Shown: positions 63,421 to 64,000 of the stretch, one piece after another
Numbering within the stretch: position 1 is the first letter of the stretch
Layout of the letters: every line of letters starts with the position of its first letter
DNA from: Eledone cirrhosa
Taxonomy: Eukaryota
Assembly: GCA_964016885.1 (NCBI GenBank)
Contig: OZ024740.1
Location: 143,158,001-143,222,000, forward strand
Length of the DNA: 64,000 nt
Direction: 5' to 3'
The notes under the pieces: generated by a model
The model's input: the letters and a program-made list of their open reading frames with translations, nothing else
The model's database searches: none
Told to the model about the DNA's origin: nothing
Position numbers and translations under genes: made by a program

Positions 63421-64000
63421 TCTGCATTTACTAACTACATAATGTTCCTCGTAAATCATTGATCAATATATATATATGTGTGTGTGTGTGTAGATTTATA
63501 CACACATACACACATAATATATATATATATATATATCATCATCATCATAACCATTTTACATCCATTCTTCCACACTAGCATGGGTTAGACGGGTTGTCCT
63601 GTTGTGGGCAATGCCAGGTCAGGTGACCATGTCTTGCTCATATAGAACTGATTTGGGTTTGATTTCTACAGTTGGATGCACTTCCTAACACCAATCTCAT
63701 TTACAGTGAGTTCTGGGTGCTTTTTACCATAGTGCCTACACAACCACTTTACAGACATATATATAAATATATATGTATATAAATCTTTTCAACTAGTTCA
63801 CCTCTGAGGGTTGCATTGATGAACATTACACTCTGGTATTTATTGTTGTCATACCATGACTTACAGATTTAGAAGGGCTCTAGACAAACTGAAATTAAAT
63901 ATTAAGATTAGTAGAACATACCCTTTTGAGAAAACCCCTGCACTGATACAAAATGTATTGTCTGTAAATAAACCCACAAAACTGGAATGTAGTATATAGC

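Overview
AT-rich animal genomic DNA, not prokaryotic. The repeat content (RTE LINEs with (ATG)n tails, tRNA-derived SINEs, Penelope-like elements, dense (TA)n/(CA)n tracts) suggests a coleoid cephalopod such as an octopus; this is inference. The main feature is a minus-strand host gene that the ORF track misses. Two small coding exons (48058-47984 and 46820-46742) encode MQKWSTSAFRMSANLVPLLVLIAML|VLLQHNYSMKIHLFLLFTQAAILHLSG. They splice in frame across a 38.6-kb intron to one exon of at least 8.1 kb (8107 to the window edge, at least 2,700 codons). The product is a low-complexity, probably secreted protein with alternating acidic and basic blocks and dibasic/furin-type sites, and I recognise no domain in it. 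The intron and upstream region are filled with transposons: two RTE families carrying a C4HC3 PHD-type finger, bipartite SINEs sharing the RTE tail, CRE-, Tx1- and CR1-like fragments, mariner relics, nested Helentron-like elements and Penelope remnants. There are also several minimal hammerhead ribozyme motifs, two of them built into long palindromes.
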